A stretch of DNA of 63,748 bases, filler included, from Octopus bimaculoides (taxonomy: Eukaryota), in assembly GCF_001194135.2 (NCBI RefSeq). It is 9 parts of 9 records of this genome, joined end to end, with 100 filler letters (N's around TTAATTAATTAA, not from the genome) between each part and the next. Parts side by side here need not be neighbours in the genome. Positions count along the whole stretch, not along the records: positions 8,447 to 18,254 come from NC_068990.1; positions 18,355 to 36,143 come from NC_068986.1; 7 more parts are not named here. One strand, written 5' to 3'. The number at the start of each line of letters is the position of its first letter. Position 1 is the stretch's first letter. The position numbers and the translations under genes are program-made. Shown piece by piece: positions 11,856 through 24,630 of this stretch. Under the pieces are notes generated by a model. It made no database searches and was not told the DNA's origin. It worked only from the letters and a program-made list of their open reading frames with translations.

Positions 11856-12024
11856 TTTTTTAAAAAGTATTCGTTGAGATATATTTTAATGAGAAAGATA
11901 AATAAGAAGGGAAAGGATTGAAAGAGTGAGAGCATTTTGATAGACAACGTTGGATCTCACATACTGTTTTTCGTTTCTCTCGGTCTTCAGGCTTTATAAT
12001 AACATTTAATCACAGCACTCCCGC

Positions 12025-12205
12025 TGACTGGGATACCAATATATTATACAGTTAAAGGCGAGCAATTCTGTAAAAACGACGAGTTGATTACATTGACCCA
12101 TGTATTGAACTCTTACTTTATTTCATCCATTCCGAAAGGATGAAAAACAATGTTGACCTCGGCAGAATTTGAAATCAGGACGTTAAGAGACAAGAGAATG
12201 CTTAA
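12025..12205 (-). mobile_element. Degraded family C SINE
   Basis: gattacattgaccc...ccgaaaggatgaaaaacaatgttgacctcggcagaatttgaaatcaggacgt. Confidence 0.7.
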
Positions 12206-12596
12206 CATGCTTAATTCTAAAAATGTTATTGCCGTCAGATGAATCTCTCCTTGTATCGATTTCGAAATTTTCTTTCAAATTTATGTCTGCTAAAATAGGT
12301 TCCGTTCTTAACGGAAGCGCATGCCAGTGTTTTGGACGGGTACATTATTAGTAATACGATAAGATGGTGCCAAAATATGAGTCTTTCATAATGCAGGATT
12401 GTAAAATTTAATGTACTATTCAACAGGTGGTTATGTCATAGCCACGTAGGTGGATGTATAATCATACACTTATTTGTCTACATATACGCATTCAAATGTA
12501 CGCACATCCAAAGAAAGGAAGAAATCGGCGCATACACACACACTCACACACACACGTATATGCATACACACAGACATACATATATGTACATAATTG

Positions 12597-12704
<108 letters not shown>

Positions 12705-14073
12705 TAGATAGATAGATAGATAGATACATACATACATACATACATTCATAAATTCATACATACATACATACGTACGTACATACATACATACATACATACG
12801 TACGTACATACATACATACATACATACATAACGATGAAAGTTATGAAAATATAAACGTCTACAAAGTGCTGGTCCTTACATATGCGATTTGAGAACCATT
12901 TTTAGTAAACGCATTGTAAAGAAATCCATCGAAGAAGTTATATTTCGCCCTAGGGATCATACTTTACTACAATGGCTTTTCTAGCAAAATTGCTTATGCT
13001 GATTGCGTGCTGTTGTTCTTTTTCTCTGCTTGGAAAAAAATCACATTAAGAATGGAGTAAAATAAGAAGCTACAGTAAATGTGAAATGGCTTCCTCTTCC
13101 TCTCTTTTATCAAATCCACTGGCTGATAATGTTAGCCAAATAGATTTAGGTAAATCAGATAGAATTCTGCAAAAGAAAAAGAAACCAAAATTAATATCGG
13201 TTTGGAATACCTAAGAGTATTTTGCATTTGAATGCCGGAAAAAGACCTAAGCTAATTGAAAGCTTATGGAATGGCAGAAATATTTTTTTCTATAATTCAG
13301 CGTTTGGAGTGTTGAGTTATTAATACTTAAATAGGCAATAAGCAAACATAATGCAACCGCCAGGTCCTTCGAGAAGCACTTTTTTAGAGTTGCTCCTATT
13401 GAAATCATTCTCATGAGGATAGCCTAACACCTCGGCCCAGTGCTTAACCTTAATTGTTACTCCTTAAATTTCACAGTAAACAGGCTTAAAGGGTTTCTAA
13501 TCTGAAACCACTACACCTGATAAATGATATTGATAAACCTGTTCGAAACCAAGGGGTAAGTTTTTATTGCGTAATACCTGGATCTGAGATAGATAAAAGG
13601 TATTTTTTATCTGAAATCTCACTGCAGGACCATGAAGAAATGGATGAAAATTTGGGTAATAAAGTATATGATATTTTTTCCTTAAATGGCAGAATGCCCA
13701 CAACTACAATATATGTGTTTTATTCGTCTATACATGACCTATTAAACAGCAATCATAACAACTGGATTTTGAAAACGAGATTATAGTCTCTGAAGAGTTC
13801 CATATCAGTTGTTACTTAAGAATGTATTTTCTCTTTCAGCCGTGAATCTTGTACATAAAATTTCCACTTCTTGTTTATTTTGCTAAGATTTTCGTTACGT
13901 CTTGCAACCTTTTCATTAGTTTTAACTTTTAGAAAAAATTTTAGAAAAATAAAAATGAAATAAGTGGAAATTTTGCCGGTGAGTGTGTTAAATTATAAGG
14001 CACTAAAAGAGAATGACTCTGCCCNNNNNNNNNNATATATATATATATATATATACATGTGTTTGTGCATGTT

Positions 14074-14112
<39 letters not shown>

Positions 14113-14180
14113 CTAACACGATTGTGTTAGTCACGTTGTACAACGAATCAAGTCGGAAATCATGCATTTCTCTGAAAGAC

Positions 14181-14217
<37 letters not shown>

Positions 14218-14958
14218 CCCTTTACCGCTCTTATTCATTAGATGTCGGTGCGACTCAAACACATGATGTAGTGCCTAGAATTATCGAAACAGATGCATTT
14301 CCGGTATTATGAGACATATGGCATTGCGTTCCAGAATAAACCAGGAGCAAAGCCTTCTCGATTTCTAATAACACCACTTCTCATTTTTACCATTGAAGTC
14401 CCCCCCCCTACTTTCCTTTCCATAATTCTCTTTCCTATAAAATCTACCTCCAATGCCTATTTTACATAATTCCTTCTAACCAAACATTCATTTGACCAAA
14501 CATATCTCTAGAATCAGAAACCAGAAACGCTATAGCAACAATTGCGAATACCGGAATATTTCTCAACATGTATTGTGTGTTTCCTACTTATTGATGAAAT
14601 GTTTTTAATGGCAATGAAATGTTTTTAATTGCAACGGGGCCACACAACTCCCTTCCTTATCTAAATAAGTCCCTGACTCTTCTCCAGAATCTAAGCTTTC
14701 TGGAATATTCTTCAATGCACGCGATTTTCCTGCAAATATCTACAGGAATATTTACCATGCTGGTGTTTCTTTCTTCAGAGATCCTATAGGGATCACATTT
14801 GCCAGGTCAGGCTTTAAAAATACATGGGTCTCTTTTTTTCTCTTTCTTTCAACACGAGCAAACGCAATATCGCGCACATAAATGTGCACTCGCTCTCTCT
14901 CTTTCCCCCTCTCTCTCCTTCTCCTCTCTCTCACTCTCTCTCTCATTCTCTCTCTCAC

Positions 14959-15014
<56 letters not shown>

Positions 15015-15914
15015 GCATACACGTATATTTCAAGTAATATATTTCCCATACGTTATTCGTAGATCTATAAATTCTACCTGAAGTTGAAAACTTTTCTCAC
15101 AACAGCTCATTACAGCATGTACTAAAGTCAGAACTATATAAAGTAATACAACCTTTCATTGTTTGCGATACATTATTTACTTACCATGACTTGAAACACC
15201 CTACAATGAGACAAACACATGCAGCAAATTCGGAGTCGCAGATACTCTGCACAGGATCCATGAAGAAACACGTTCAAAATACCACCCGATTCTAAAATGA
15301 AATATATTGCTTCCTTCACCATTATAAACAGTCGGTCTTCAAAGAAGTCACGTTGCACAAACTCGAAATTCGATTCGTGAGCACAGATGAATAAAATCCT
15401 TCAGTTCCTTATAAATTATATGTTCCGCAATATCACATGGCCACCAGAGCCAGTTGCACATCTATTTGCCCACACTGCACACAACAGATTTATATCATCT
15501 GCAGGATCGTTTAATACATTTGTTCTAAACTTCTGCAGGCGCACATTGAAAGATTATAGACAATATTTGAAACGGTACTGTTGTTACGTCATACGCAGTG
15601 TGTAGAGACTTTCCAAAAGGTCACTCGGTTGATTAACAAAAAGCAAAAATCGATAATTCTTCCATCAATATATTAAATCAATTGAACCACAAACTAACTG
15701 ATCCGATCCATACGTTCTCCTTCCCATCACTCTTCCTAATCGACACTGAGTCAGGACTGGACGATATCAAGTCAGATACGGATATCTAGCAGATATCGAT
15801 AATGCAGATATGCAGCGTGAATATCATTCACAACATTTGAAACCCGTCAAGCAATATTTCCAAATTTTATACACAATATCCTTCTTATGAATCCTTAATA
15901 AAATATAACAACCT

Positions 15915-16125
15915 TTCGCTTGTTTCAATCATCTGACTGCAACCATGCTTGGACACACCTCCTTTACTAGAATGAATTAATACCAGTAGTAGTTGTTTTT
16001 CTTTGCAAGACTGGTACTTATTTTACCGTTTTCTTTAACCGAATCGCTAAGTTACAGGGATGCAAACAAACCAACACCGTTTGCCAAGCAGTGATGTAGG
16101 ACAAATAGAAGCAAGAATACAAACA
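15915..16125 (-). mobile_element. Family B SINE tail module, followed by (ATTAT)n at 16135-16186
   Basis: tgtttcaatcatctgactgcaaccatgcttggacacacc...ctggtacttatttt...accgaatcgctaagttacagggatgcaaacaaaccaacaccg. Confidence 0.75.
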
Positions 16126-16365
16126 CACACACATTATTATATTATATTATATTATATTATATTATATTATATTATATTATATTATATACATGTGTAAGCC
16201 GTTTAAGGATCCATAAGTTAGAAAAAAAATGCACTCATGTATCTATCCGCAGAGAGCGTATAATAATCCTCCAGCAGACACCTGTAGACTCGGATCTTCT
16301 GATAGGACCATTCTATTCTCCGATAAGACTAAAAATCAATATACAGTAAGTAACTACACATAACG

Positions 16366-16540
16366 TGGCCCTCCGTCAGTTTCGACGACGAGGATTGCAG
16401 TTGATCCTATCAACATAACAGCCTACTCGTGAAATTAACGTGCAAGTGGCTGAGCACTCCACAGAGACGTGTACCCTTAACGTAGTTCTCGGGGAGATTC
16501 AGTGTGACACAGTGTAACAAGGCTGGTCCTTTGAAATACA
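16366..16540 (-). mobile_element. 5'-truncated family D SINE
   Basis: ctcgtgaaattaacgtgcaagtggctgagcactccacagagacgtgtacccttaacgtagttctcggggagattcag, nearly identical to the 3' half of copies at 21975, 36803 and 45866. Confidence 0.85.
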
Positions 16541-16559
16541 GATAATGTTAGAAAGGACC

Positions 16560-17480
16560 TCACTACTTCCATTAATTCCTTCGGACTGAAGAAACCAAAC
16601 TGAAAACCGCGGATTTCTTTAATGTGACTTGAAGCCAAATGAGAAGCTATCATCAATTAACACAGGTTCCTGTCATCCAGCCATATTTTTCAAGAACCTA
16701 GCGAAGAACGTCAGAAGAAGAATTTCCAACTTATCCTCAAGTAAAGATATTTTTTATCCTACCACCTCGCACCACAATGAGACTCTGATCGCCAGTGGTT
16801 TCAAGGATAGAATTAGTTACATGCAAGATCCTAACCCCTCCAAGAGAAGGCGTCACCGGAAAGTGTTGTCGTTCACACGTCTCTTCTCTTTAAGTATTAA
16901 AAGCTGAGTAGGTTAGATTTTTTTTAATTTAGTAGAGAAGCACTTCCCCAGTACCTATAGGTTCAGCAAAATATTTAATAGACAGACCCTGAAAATATCA
17001 TGTAGCTGTGCACCCAATGTAAAAAAGATTTTTGTAGGAAGGCCCACACTTGAGACAGAGGTAGGATGCTCATGTGGAGGTAACACTACGTCTCCACAGA
17101 ACAGTCACTGTAACAGGAAGACTGTCGTATACAACGCAGAATTAACAACACTAGGACCAAAGGTGCAACAAAATGGGCAACCAAATGTGCGAAAATACGT
17201 GGAAGCAACTGAAGGCCCCTTCAGAACCCGCTATAGCAGCCACAAGTCCTCCTTCAACATCTCGGAGAGACGTAAGGCCTCAACTCTGGCCAAGTACGTA
17301 TGGTCTTTGGAAGAAATCGTCACCGAGCACAGCATAAAGTGGAGAATTCTAGGAAAATGCAAAGCGCATTTCAATAGCAGCACGAAGTGCACGTTATGCC
17401 TGTCTGAGAAAAGAGCGATTTTAAAGCGCTCACAACACCCAGGATGCTACATGACCAGGTGCTACAATCCCGGCAAGTAG
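16560..17480 (+). mobile_element. Penelope-like element (PLE) 3' part: RT C-terminus, linker and GIY-YIG endonuclease, degraded
   Basis: Frames read SCHPAIFFKNLAKNVRRRISNLSS...IASGFKDRISY...KRRRHRKVLSF...FFNLVEKHFP...KIFNRQTLKISCSC and YVEATEGPFRTRYSSHKSSF...STLAKYVWSLEE...IKWRILGKCK...KCTLCLSEKRAIL; stops and frameshifts present. Confidence 0.85.
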
Positions 17481-17809
17481 TGTGCAAGCAACCATTATGT
17501 AACAATCTATTTCGATCATCCATTGCTCTTGAGCAATTTTAACTCCTATAATATTCATCTTTACTCTTAAGTTTTGTCTATGTATAAATATATAAACATG
17601 ATAATCCGATATTAATTATCTACTTGTTCGTACATCAATTTTCATGTTCATATACTTATGCGCGCATAGTACCATGGACACTGGATCTACAACACTTCCC
17701 TTAGTGCACTCATAAATATGATCCCTCTTTCGTCACATATTACATCCTAATGTCCGAGTTTTCATTTCTCAAATCTGCTGTAAATCTTTTTAGTTATACT
17801 TTAAATATG

Positions 17810-17842
<33 letters not shown>

Positions 17843-18254
17843 TTTAACATGCCTGTAAGCATGCACACATACATATATGCTTACATACATTCATACATAC
17901 ATACGCAAATATGTGTGCGCATGCTCCATTATACGAGTACACATATTGCGTGTTGTAATGCTTATGATAAAGCGTGTAGGTAACGATTGTTAAAATAAGG
18001 GAAAATCTTATATCACACGCACACGTATGCACACATACGCACACACACACATGCACACTTACACACAACAAAAGACGCATACATTTCTATTTCCAACTGT
18101 ATCAACACCAAAACCATTATGCCCATCAACACTACCAATTACAACAACAACACCAACAACACCAACAGTAACGTGACCGTCACAACCACCTATACAAATT
18201 ATATATATCTATATCTATACACATATATATACGCATATGTATATATATATATAT

Positions 18255-18354
18255 NNNNNNNNNNNNNNNNNNNNNNNNNNNNNNNNNNNNNNNNNNNNTT
18301 AATTAATTAANNNNNNNNNNNNNNNNNNNNNNNNNNNNNNNNNNNNNNNNNNNN
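18255..18354. other. Scaffolding gap linker: 44 N + TTAATTAATTAA + 44 N (100 bp); assembly artefact
   Basis: Same 12-mer inside N-runs at 8391, 18299, 36188, 51550, 53628, 57312, 59777 and 62285; gives stop codons in all six frames. Confidence 0.92.
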
Positions 18355-18689
18355 ATATATGTATATATATACGTATGTAAATGCATGACTGCATACATAC
18401 ATACATACATACATACATACACCCATTGACAAGCCACACAAGAAAAGACTGACCGCTACCTTCTGAAGCCAAGAGGATAGCTGTGAACACATGTTTCTGT
18501 CTCAATAGACGTCATCAGCACAACAGTGACACTACTGTGTCTCCAGCACAGTGATATACTTTGATATACATCTGCAAAAAGGAGCACAACACATTTATGG
18601 CATAGGTGATTTGCAAAGATGAAATGCTAATAGCTAAGAGAATTAACTTCGAATGGCTAATGTATCTCGTGAGTGCCTTCACCAACAAA

Positions 18690-18980
18690 ATGTCCAAGTA
18701 TAAGTCCTCCGGCGAATTTACTGATAACAGTTAAATCTAAAGTATATAATCATATTTGCTCCTTCAGAAATATTGATAAAAGAGAAAAGATTTGCCCGTC
18801 TTTCTTTCTTACTGAAAGACCAAAGGAATACAAATGACAAAATTAAATGGAAACTCATTGAAAACACCGCGTTATTCTTGCAGAACGTGAACTGTCACCT
18901 GTGCATCGTAGCTAAACTTATACTCACTGGGGCCATCTTAAACTCAAAATCTGAGTTGACCTCCTTCGGTATACACTAGC
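18690..18980 (+). mobile_element. Second, older PLE GIY-YIG C-terminal fragment
   Basis: KSKVYNHICSFRNIDKR / IKWKLIEN...CHLCIVAKLIL...LNSKSEL, matching the PLE pattern FK.RY.NH..SFR...IKWKI....C.LCL.EK..IL..LN.RSEL. Confidence 0.65.
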
Positions 18981-19494
18981 TTAAACCCTCCGAAAATCTT
19001 TACCACCGACAAAACAAAGCGATATAATGGAGCAAACAAAATACGCAATTTAATCATCGCTTAGCTTTTCAGTACACTAACCACATTACGTTGTATTCTG
19101 ATTAGAAGATAACGAAACATTCTCAACGTGTTCACATTGAAGGAAATTCAGCCTTTTGTCTTTCAAATACATCCTATTTGAAATTTATAGGTCGCCAACT
19201 TATATTTTGTTTTTATTTTACTTTATTTCATTTTTCATTATATTTCCCCTAACGTGCACAAAGCAAAATTCAGTAAACAACCTTCCAGAACGCAAGTAAA
19301 ATAGGAAGTCAACAAAATGACAGCTAGAGTAAAAATTATGAATACCGACTTCTAAAGGTATTTGATCCACAAAGCAGTTCTGTCTCATGATTGTTGAAAG
19401 ACAAGGTCATGAAGCTCAAATTAACAGAAGTCGTAAGATAGAATCCTGTATAGTTCACCTAACACACGCATCCCTCTTTGTATATGTATATACT

Positions 19495-19534
<40 letters not shown>

Positions 19535-19578
19535 CTTCTTTCTTTCTCTCTCTCTCTCTCTCTCTCTCNNNNNNNNNN

Positions 19579-19620
<42 letters not shown>

Positions 19621-20729
19621 CTCTCTCTCTCTCTCTCTCTGTAAATGTGTGTGTGTGTGCGTGTGCGGTATACATAAATGATAAAGTGATGTTTCGCAAG
19701 AAATAATTCATCATAGAACTCAATATATATTTTTGTGTGGCGATGTTATTTAATATTTGGATAGTTTCATAAAATAATATTTGGATAGTTTCGTTAATAT
19801 TTGGATGAATTCAGCCAGAAGACTGTTTTCACCAATACTTTACTACTACCGCCTAAAATTAATTCTTTACGAAAACCAAAATGAGAACTATGTAGTTCCT
19901 TAATCTACTAGAAATAACAGTCGAATCTCCATTAAAGTATACCCTACTGTCTTAAATATATGAATTACGCATTCGATAAAGTGGTCTGACATTAAAAAGA
20001 CAAGAAGACGGTATGGTTATATGTATGTTCGATGAAGAATGACTAAGAGATGAAGAATAACAATAACCTAACCCCTTTGGGTAATATATAGATAATACCG
20101 TGGCTTCGGTCCATAATCATAAACTAATGGTCACTTGACCTTTAGTTTATGATTATCATAAACTGGTTTGTCGACTTGCTGTTTTGGACATCGCCATTCC
20201 CCTAAGTAAATGGTTTTGACCTATCAAATGACCAACGTCTAATTTGGTTGACGCTCTGTTTCTCATACACTTTAACTCCACTAAGAAACACATATAGATA
20301 TGCGCTAATATACGTACATACATACATACATACTATGTTAGCTATTCGCAGACACAGAATCAAATACATGCACACATATATATATATATGCGTACGTACT
20401 ATAAATATACATGTATATACGTGCATATATACACATGGCCGATTGGCCATGTAATTCGCTTCGCAATCACAAAATCGTAGGTTCAGTCCCACTTCGTGGC
20501 AACGAAAATTTGGTAACCGGAAACCTGTGTGGATTGTACCCGCAATTTAACAGTCCAGTTTTTCTCACAAATTGACTCTCCGATTCCGCCTGAGAATTCC
20601 ATTAATACTTCATGTGTCTGTGAAATATTCAGACATTTACGAGCTTATTCAATGACCAGATGCCTTATTCATTGAACAACTAAATACTCATCATTGTTAC
20701 CGACCGATATTCATCTGTTGTTTATTACT

Positions 20730-21478
20730 AATTATTGTTATTTCCATTTTACTTCTCAGAGTTCTCGATTTCGCTTGAGTTCTGTAACAGTGGACAGCAA
20801 CCTGTTGTCAAAGGTCTCACTGTGTCTCTTTCCACGATACTTAACACTCAGGCATCAATCTCGAGATCCTCGATGTCCCCAATAAAGCGGTTTTCTGAGT
20901 ATGTTCTACCCTCATGTCAATCCCAAATAAAGCAGCTTTATGAGCAATTTCTATAAAGCAGCAGCATCATTATCATTATTATTGGTACCACTACCACCTT
21001 TTTTCATCAACCACAACTGCTAAAACTCCCAAGCTAACCTGTCATATCTATTGACTTTTCTTTCTTCCTTATCGCATATCTTGTTATCAGCTAGGCATGC
21101 TATATCTATGATCCAGCATCGTTTGCTTTCTTTCTCAATTAACACTCTGTCTGGTTTCCTATTCTCTGTCTCATGGTCGCACTGAATCATAAAATCCCAT
21201 AGGATATTTGCATTATCGTTTCCGATGATGCCTTCGGGTTTATGTTCGTACCACTTTTTTACTCTGTCAAATCCATACTTGTTGCAAAGTGTCCAATGGA
21301 CAATCCTTGCTACGTTATCATGACGTCTCTTATATTCTTTCTGCACTAGTGGCGTACATTGGCTGGTAATATGCCATACGGTTTCACCATTTTGTCCACA
21401 AATTCTGCATTTATCACTTTCTGATGTGTTGTCTATTCTGTATTTTATGTAACTCATTCTTAATGCTTGCTCTTGGGC
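20730..21478 (-). mobile_element. R4/Dong-clade non-LTR retrotransposon 3' end (CCHC zinc finger + restriction-like endonuclease + 3' UTR)
   Basis: ORF 21020-21457: DKCRICGQNGETVWHITSQC...YKRRHDNVARIVHWTLC...ILWDFMIQCDH...RKPDRVL...CWIIDIAC..D...KE; downstream GIDMRVEHTQKTALLGTSRI; 3' end runs into degenerate (AAT)n. Confidence 0.88.
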
Positions 21479-21479
21479 C

Positions 21480-21665
21480 GGACAAAATACTTAGCGGCAT
21501 TTCTTCCGGCTCTACTTTCTGAGTTCAAATTCCGCCGAAGTCAACTTTACCTTTCATCTTTTCGTGATCGGTGAATTAAGTACCAGCTAAGCACTGGGGG
21601 TTGATGCAATTGACTAGCACCCCCTTCCTCTGAATTACTAGCCGTGTACCAAAAGTTGAAACCAA
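21480..21665 (+). mobile_element. Family C SINE (head truncated)
   Basis: ttctgagttcaaattccgccgaagtcaactttacctttcatcttttcgtgatcggtgaattaagtaccagctaagcactggggg. Confidence 0.8.
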
Positions 21666-21974
21666 CATACTTTTAGTGGAGATTAATTGTAATAGTAGTA
21701 GCAGTAGTAGTAGCAGCAGCAGCAGCGTATTGTGAAATGAAATTATATTGACCTTTGACCAATATAATGAGATAAAGATAAATTATGGTTTTTTTGCAAT
21801 GATGGCGCCGGAAGAAAGGCGTCGGTGAAACATTCAAAAATTAAGGCTGACACACACAAGATGAGTTCTCCCTCCTGGTCAACCAGCCAACATGTATGCG
21901 TTCACTGTCAAAGTTAATCAATGCATTTCAAGTAGGCAGAGGCAGGCTGTGGGATATATTCTCCATAAAAGACG

Positions 21975-22355
21975 TTGTTGGCACTCCGTCGCTTACGACG
22001 TCGAGGGTTCCAGTTGATCCGATCAACGGAACAGCCTGCTCGTGAAATTAACGTGCAAGTGGCTGACCACTCCACAGACACGTGTACCCTTAATGTAGTT
22101 CTCTGGGATATTCAGCGTGACACAGTGTGACAAGGCTGGCCCCTTGAATTACAGGCACAACAGAAACAGGGAGTAAGAGAGAAAGTTGTGGTGAAAGAGT
22201 ACAGCAGGGTTCGCCACCATCCCCTGTCGGAGCCTCGTGGAGCTTTTAGGTGTTTTCGCTCAATAAACACTAACAACGCCCGGACTGGGAATCGAAACTG
22301 CGATCCTATGACCGTGAGTCCGCTGCCATAACCACTGGGCCATTGCGCCTCCACT
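21975..22355 (-). mobile_element. Full-length family D tRNA-derived SINE with 11-bp TSD
   Basis: Head (rc) gtggaggcgcaatggcccagtggttatggcagcggactcacggtcataggatcgcagtttcgattcc with A/B boxes; TSD cataaaagacg at 21964-21974 and 22356-22366. Confidence 0.9.
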
Positions 22356-22444
22356 CATAAAAGACGAACAAAACTTGCAAACATGCTGAAAACCGGAACC
22401 AGGTCCTGCAATTTGAGGTCACCTGCACTTTGCTCCTATATTTA

Positions 22445-22620
22445 AAAGGCTCGGCGGCATTTCTTTCAGCTCTCTACGTTTTGTGTATGAATGCCGCCGA
22501 GGTCGACTCCACCTTTTATTTGTTTCGGCATCGATAAAATATGTAACCAGCTGTGCACTTTGGTCGATGTAATCGATTTACACCCTCCCCTCAAAATTGC
22601 TAGCCTATGCCAAAATTTAA
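22445..22620 (+). mobile_element. Degraded family C SINE
   Basis: gcggcatttc...gccgccgaggtcgactccacc...tcgataaaatatgtaaccag...ggtcgatgtaatcga...caaaattgctagcc. Confidence 0.75.
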
Positions 22621-22896
22621 AACAATTATAATTATTATTTCTTCTTCAATTGATAGAATGGCCTACCAGTCATTTGCTGGGTCGATCAAATCCACATCAT
22701 ATTCTTTATATATTTTCGTCACTGTGTTGACGTTATTTTGATGTATGTACCTTGATTTTTTTTTTCTTCAACGTGTCATTCCGTTTGAGCTATTTTTATA
22801 TATTTTAGAATACGTGTATGGTAGGTGGGGGTGTTGCAGTATGCGTACATTGATGTGTCAGCTTTCGTGTCTCGTATGTGTGCGATGCACATCTAT

Positions 22897-22973
<77 letters not shown>

Positions 22974-23439
22974 CATGTGAGATGGGAGGGGTATTACAGA
23001 CATGTGAGGAAGGAAGTTGTAAGTTTCAACCTTCTATAGAAGAATCTATTGATCCAAGCAAGTAGAGCAAGGTCGCCCTCAACGTTAGTGCCGTGTGCAG
23101 TTTTAGTAAAGTTGAAGGGGTAGAACGGGAAAGGGAGGGAGTAACACACGAGAAAGTGGTGGTGGAGGTGGTGGTGGGGGGAGGTAAAGACGAGTAGATA
23201 GAGAGGAGAAGCAGAAGGGAAAAGATACAGAGAAGAGGAGAGAGAAAAAACAGAGAGAGAGAGGGGGGGAGATAGAGGTAATGATAAATAGAGGTGGAGA
23301 TATAGGGAAAGTGAGAATAATACAATATAACAGAATGTTTGTGTTTGTATTGGTGTATATATGTGTAGGTTTGGTAAGAGAAGCGGACGTGAGAAGATGA
23401 GTGTACGTGTGTGAGAATAAGTGTTGTGTGAGAATAAAT

Positions 23440-23505
<66 letters not shown>

Positions 23506-23869
23506 CGTGTGTACATATATGTGAATGTGACTGTGACCAAACAGGTTGACTCGGCAAGTAAAGAAAGGTATATGTACTTCATGATATTTCATTGTCAGTA
23601 GGGGAAGACCATGACCCTTAACGGGACGGGATGAGATGGTCCTATCTAGAACGTCTTTTTAGTATAGATCTATTCAGTCAGTCCTGATGTGAAACTAATA
23701 TAACAAGGAGGTGGAAGACGCACACGAACTGCCTCCCCCTACTCATATACACACTTCCATTGTCATTCATTCTCACTTTCTCACTCTCTCACGCACACAC
23801 ACACACACACGCACAACAAACGCGTTTGTAATAATGTGGACTCGGCTAAAGACATCCAAGAGCCAGACA

Positions 23870-23993
23870 GGTGTTAGGACTTTAGCAGGATTTGAACTCA
23901 GAACGTAAAGAACCGGAACAAATGCTGCCAAATATCTGGTCCGACGTTCTTACAGTTTCGTATTCCATCATCTTGGATAGGTTACTTTTTAGA

Positions 23994-24035
<42 letters not shown>

Positions 24036-24630
24036 NNNNNNNNNNNNNNNNNNNNNNNNNNNNNNNNNNNNNNNNNNNNNNNNNNNNNNNNNNNNNNNNN
24101 NNNNNNNNNNNNNNNNNNNNNNNNNNNNNNNNNNNNNNNNNNNNNNNNNNNNNNNNNNNNNNNNNNNNNNNNNNNNNNNNNNNNNNNNNNNNNNNNNNNN
24201 NNNNNNNAGAGAGAGAGAGAGAGAGAGAATCTTTTCTACTCTAGGCACAAGACCCGAAATTTGGGGGGAGTGGGGCCAGTCGATTAGATCGATCCCGGTA
24301 CGCAACTGGTACTTAATTTATCGACCCCGAAAGGATGAAAGGCAAAGTCGACCTCGGCGGAATTTGAACTCAGAACAGACGAAATACCACTAAGAATTTC
24401 GCCCTGTGTGCTAACGATTCTTATTTCTTTATTGCCCACAAGGGGCTAAACATAGAGGGGACAAACAAGGACAGACAAAGGGGTTAAGTCGATTACATCG
24501 ACTCCAGTGCGTAACTGGTACTTAATTAATCGACTCCGAAAGGATGAAAGGTAAAGTCGGCCTCGGTGGAATTTGAACTCAAAACATAGACAGACGAAAT
24601 ACGACGAAATACTGCCAGCTCGCCACCTTG
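23870..24630 (-). mobile_element. Cluster of family C SINEs (head fragment 23870-23960; copies 24229-24420 and 24421-24630 with different 3' tails)
   Basis: tcgaccccgaaaggatgaaaggcaaagtcgacctcggcggaatttgaactcagaac in both copies; tails gcctagagtagaaaagat versus ccccttgtgggcaataaagaaata (rc). Confidence 0.88.

Noticed and set aside
13489-13786. About 98-codon stop-free plus-strand frame (..ISLQDHEEMDENLGNKVYDIF..)
   Set aside because: No recognisable family; a few open frames of this length are expected by chance in a window this size.
20760-20898. Apparent plus-strand exon with a strong acceptor and a gtatgt donor
   Set aside because: It is the antisense of the Dong/R4 element C-terminus and 3' UTR.
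22280-22355. tRNA genes at SINE heads (also 37110-37187, 46175-46250, 32318-32400)
   Set aside because: A/B boxes are present but there is no complete cloverleaf, and each continues into a SINE body.
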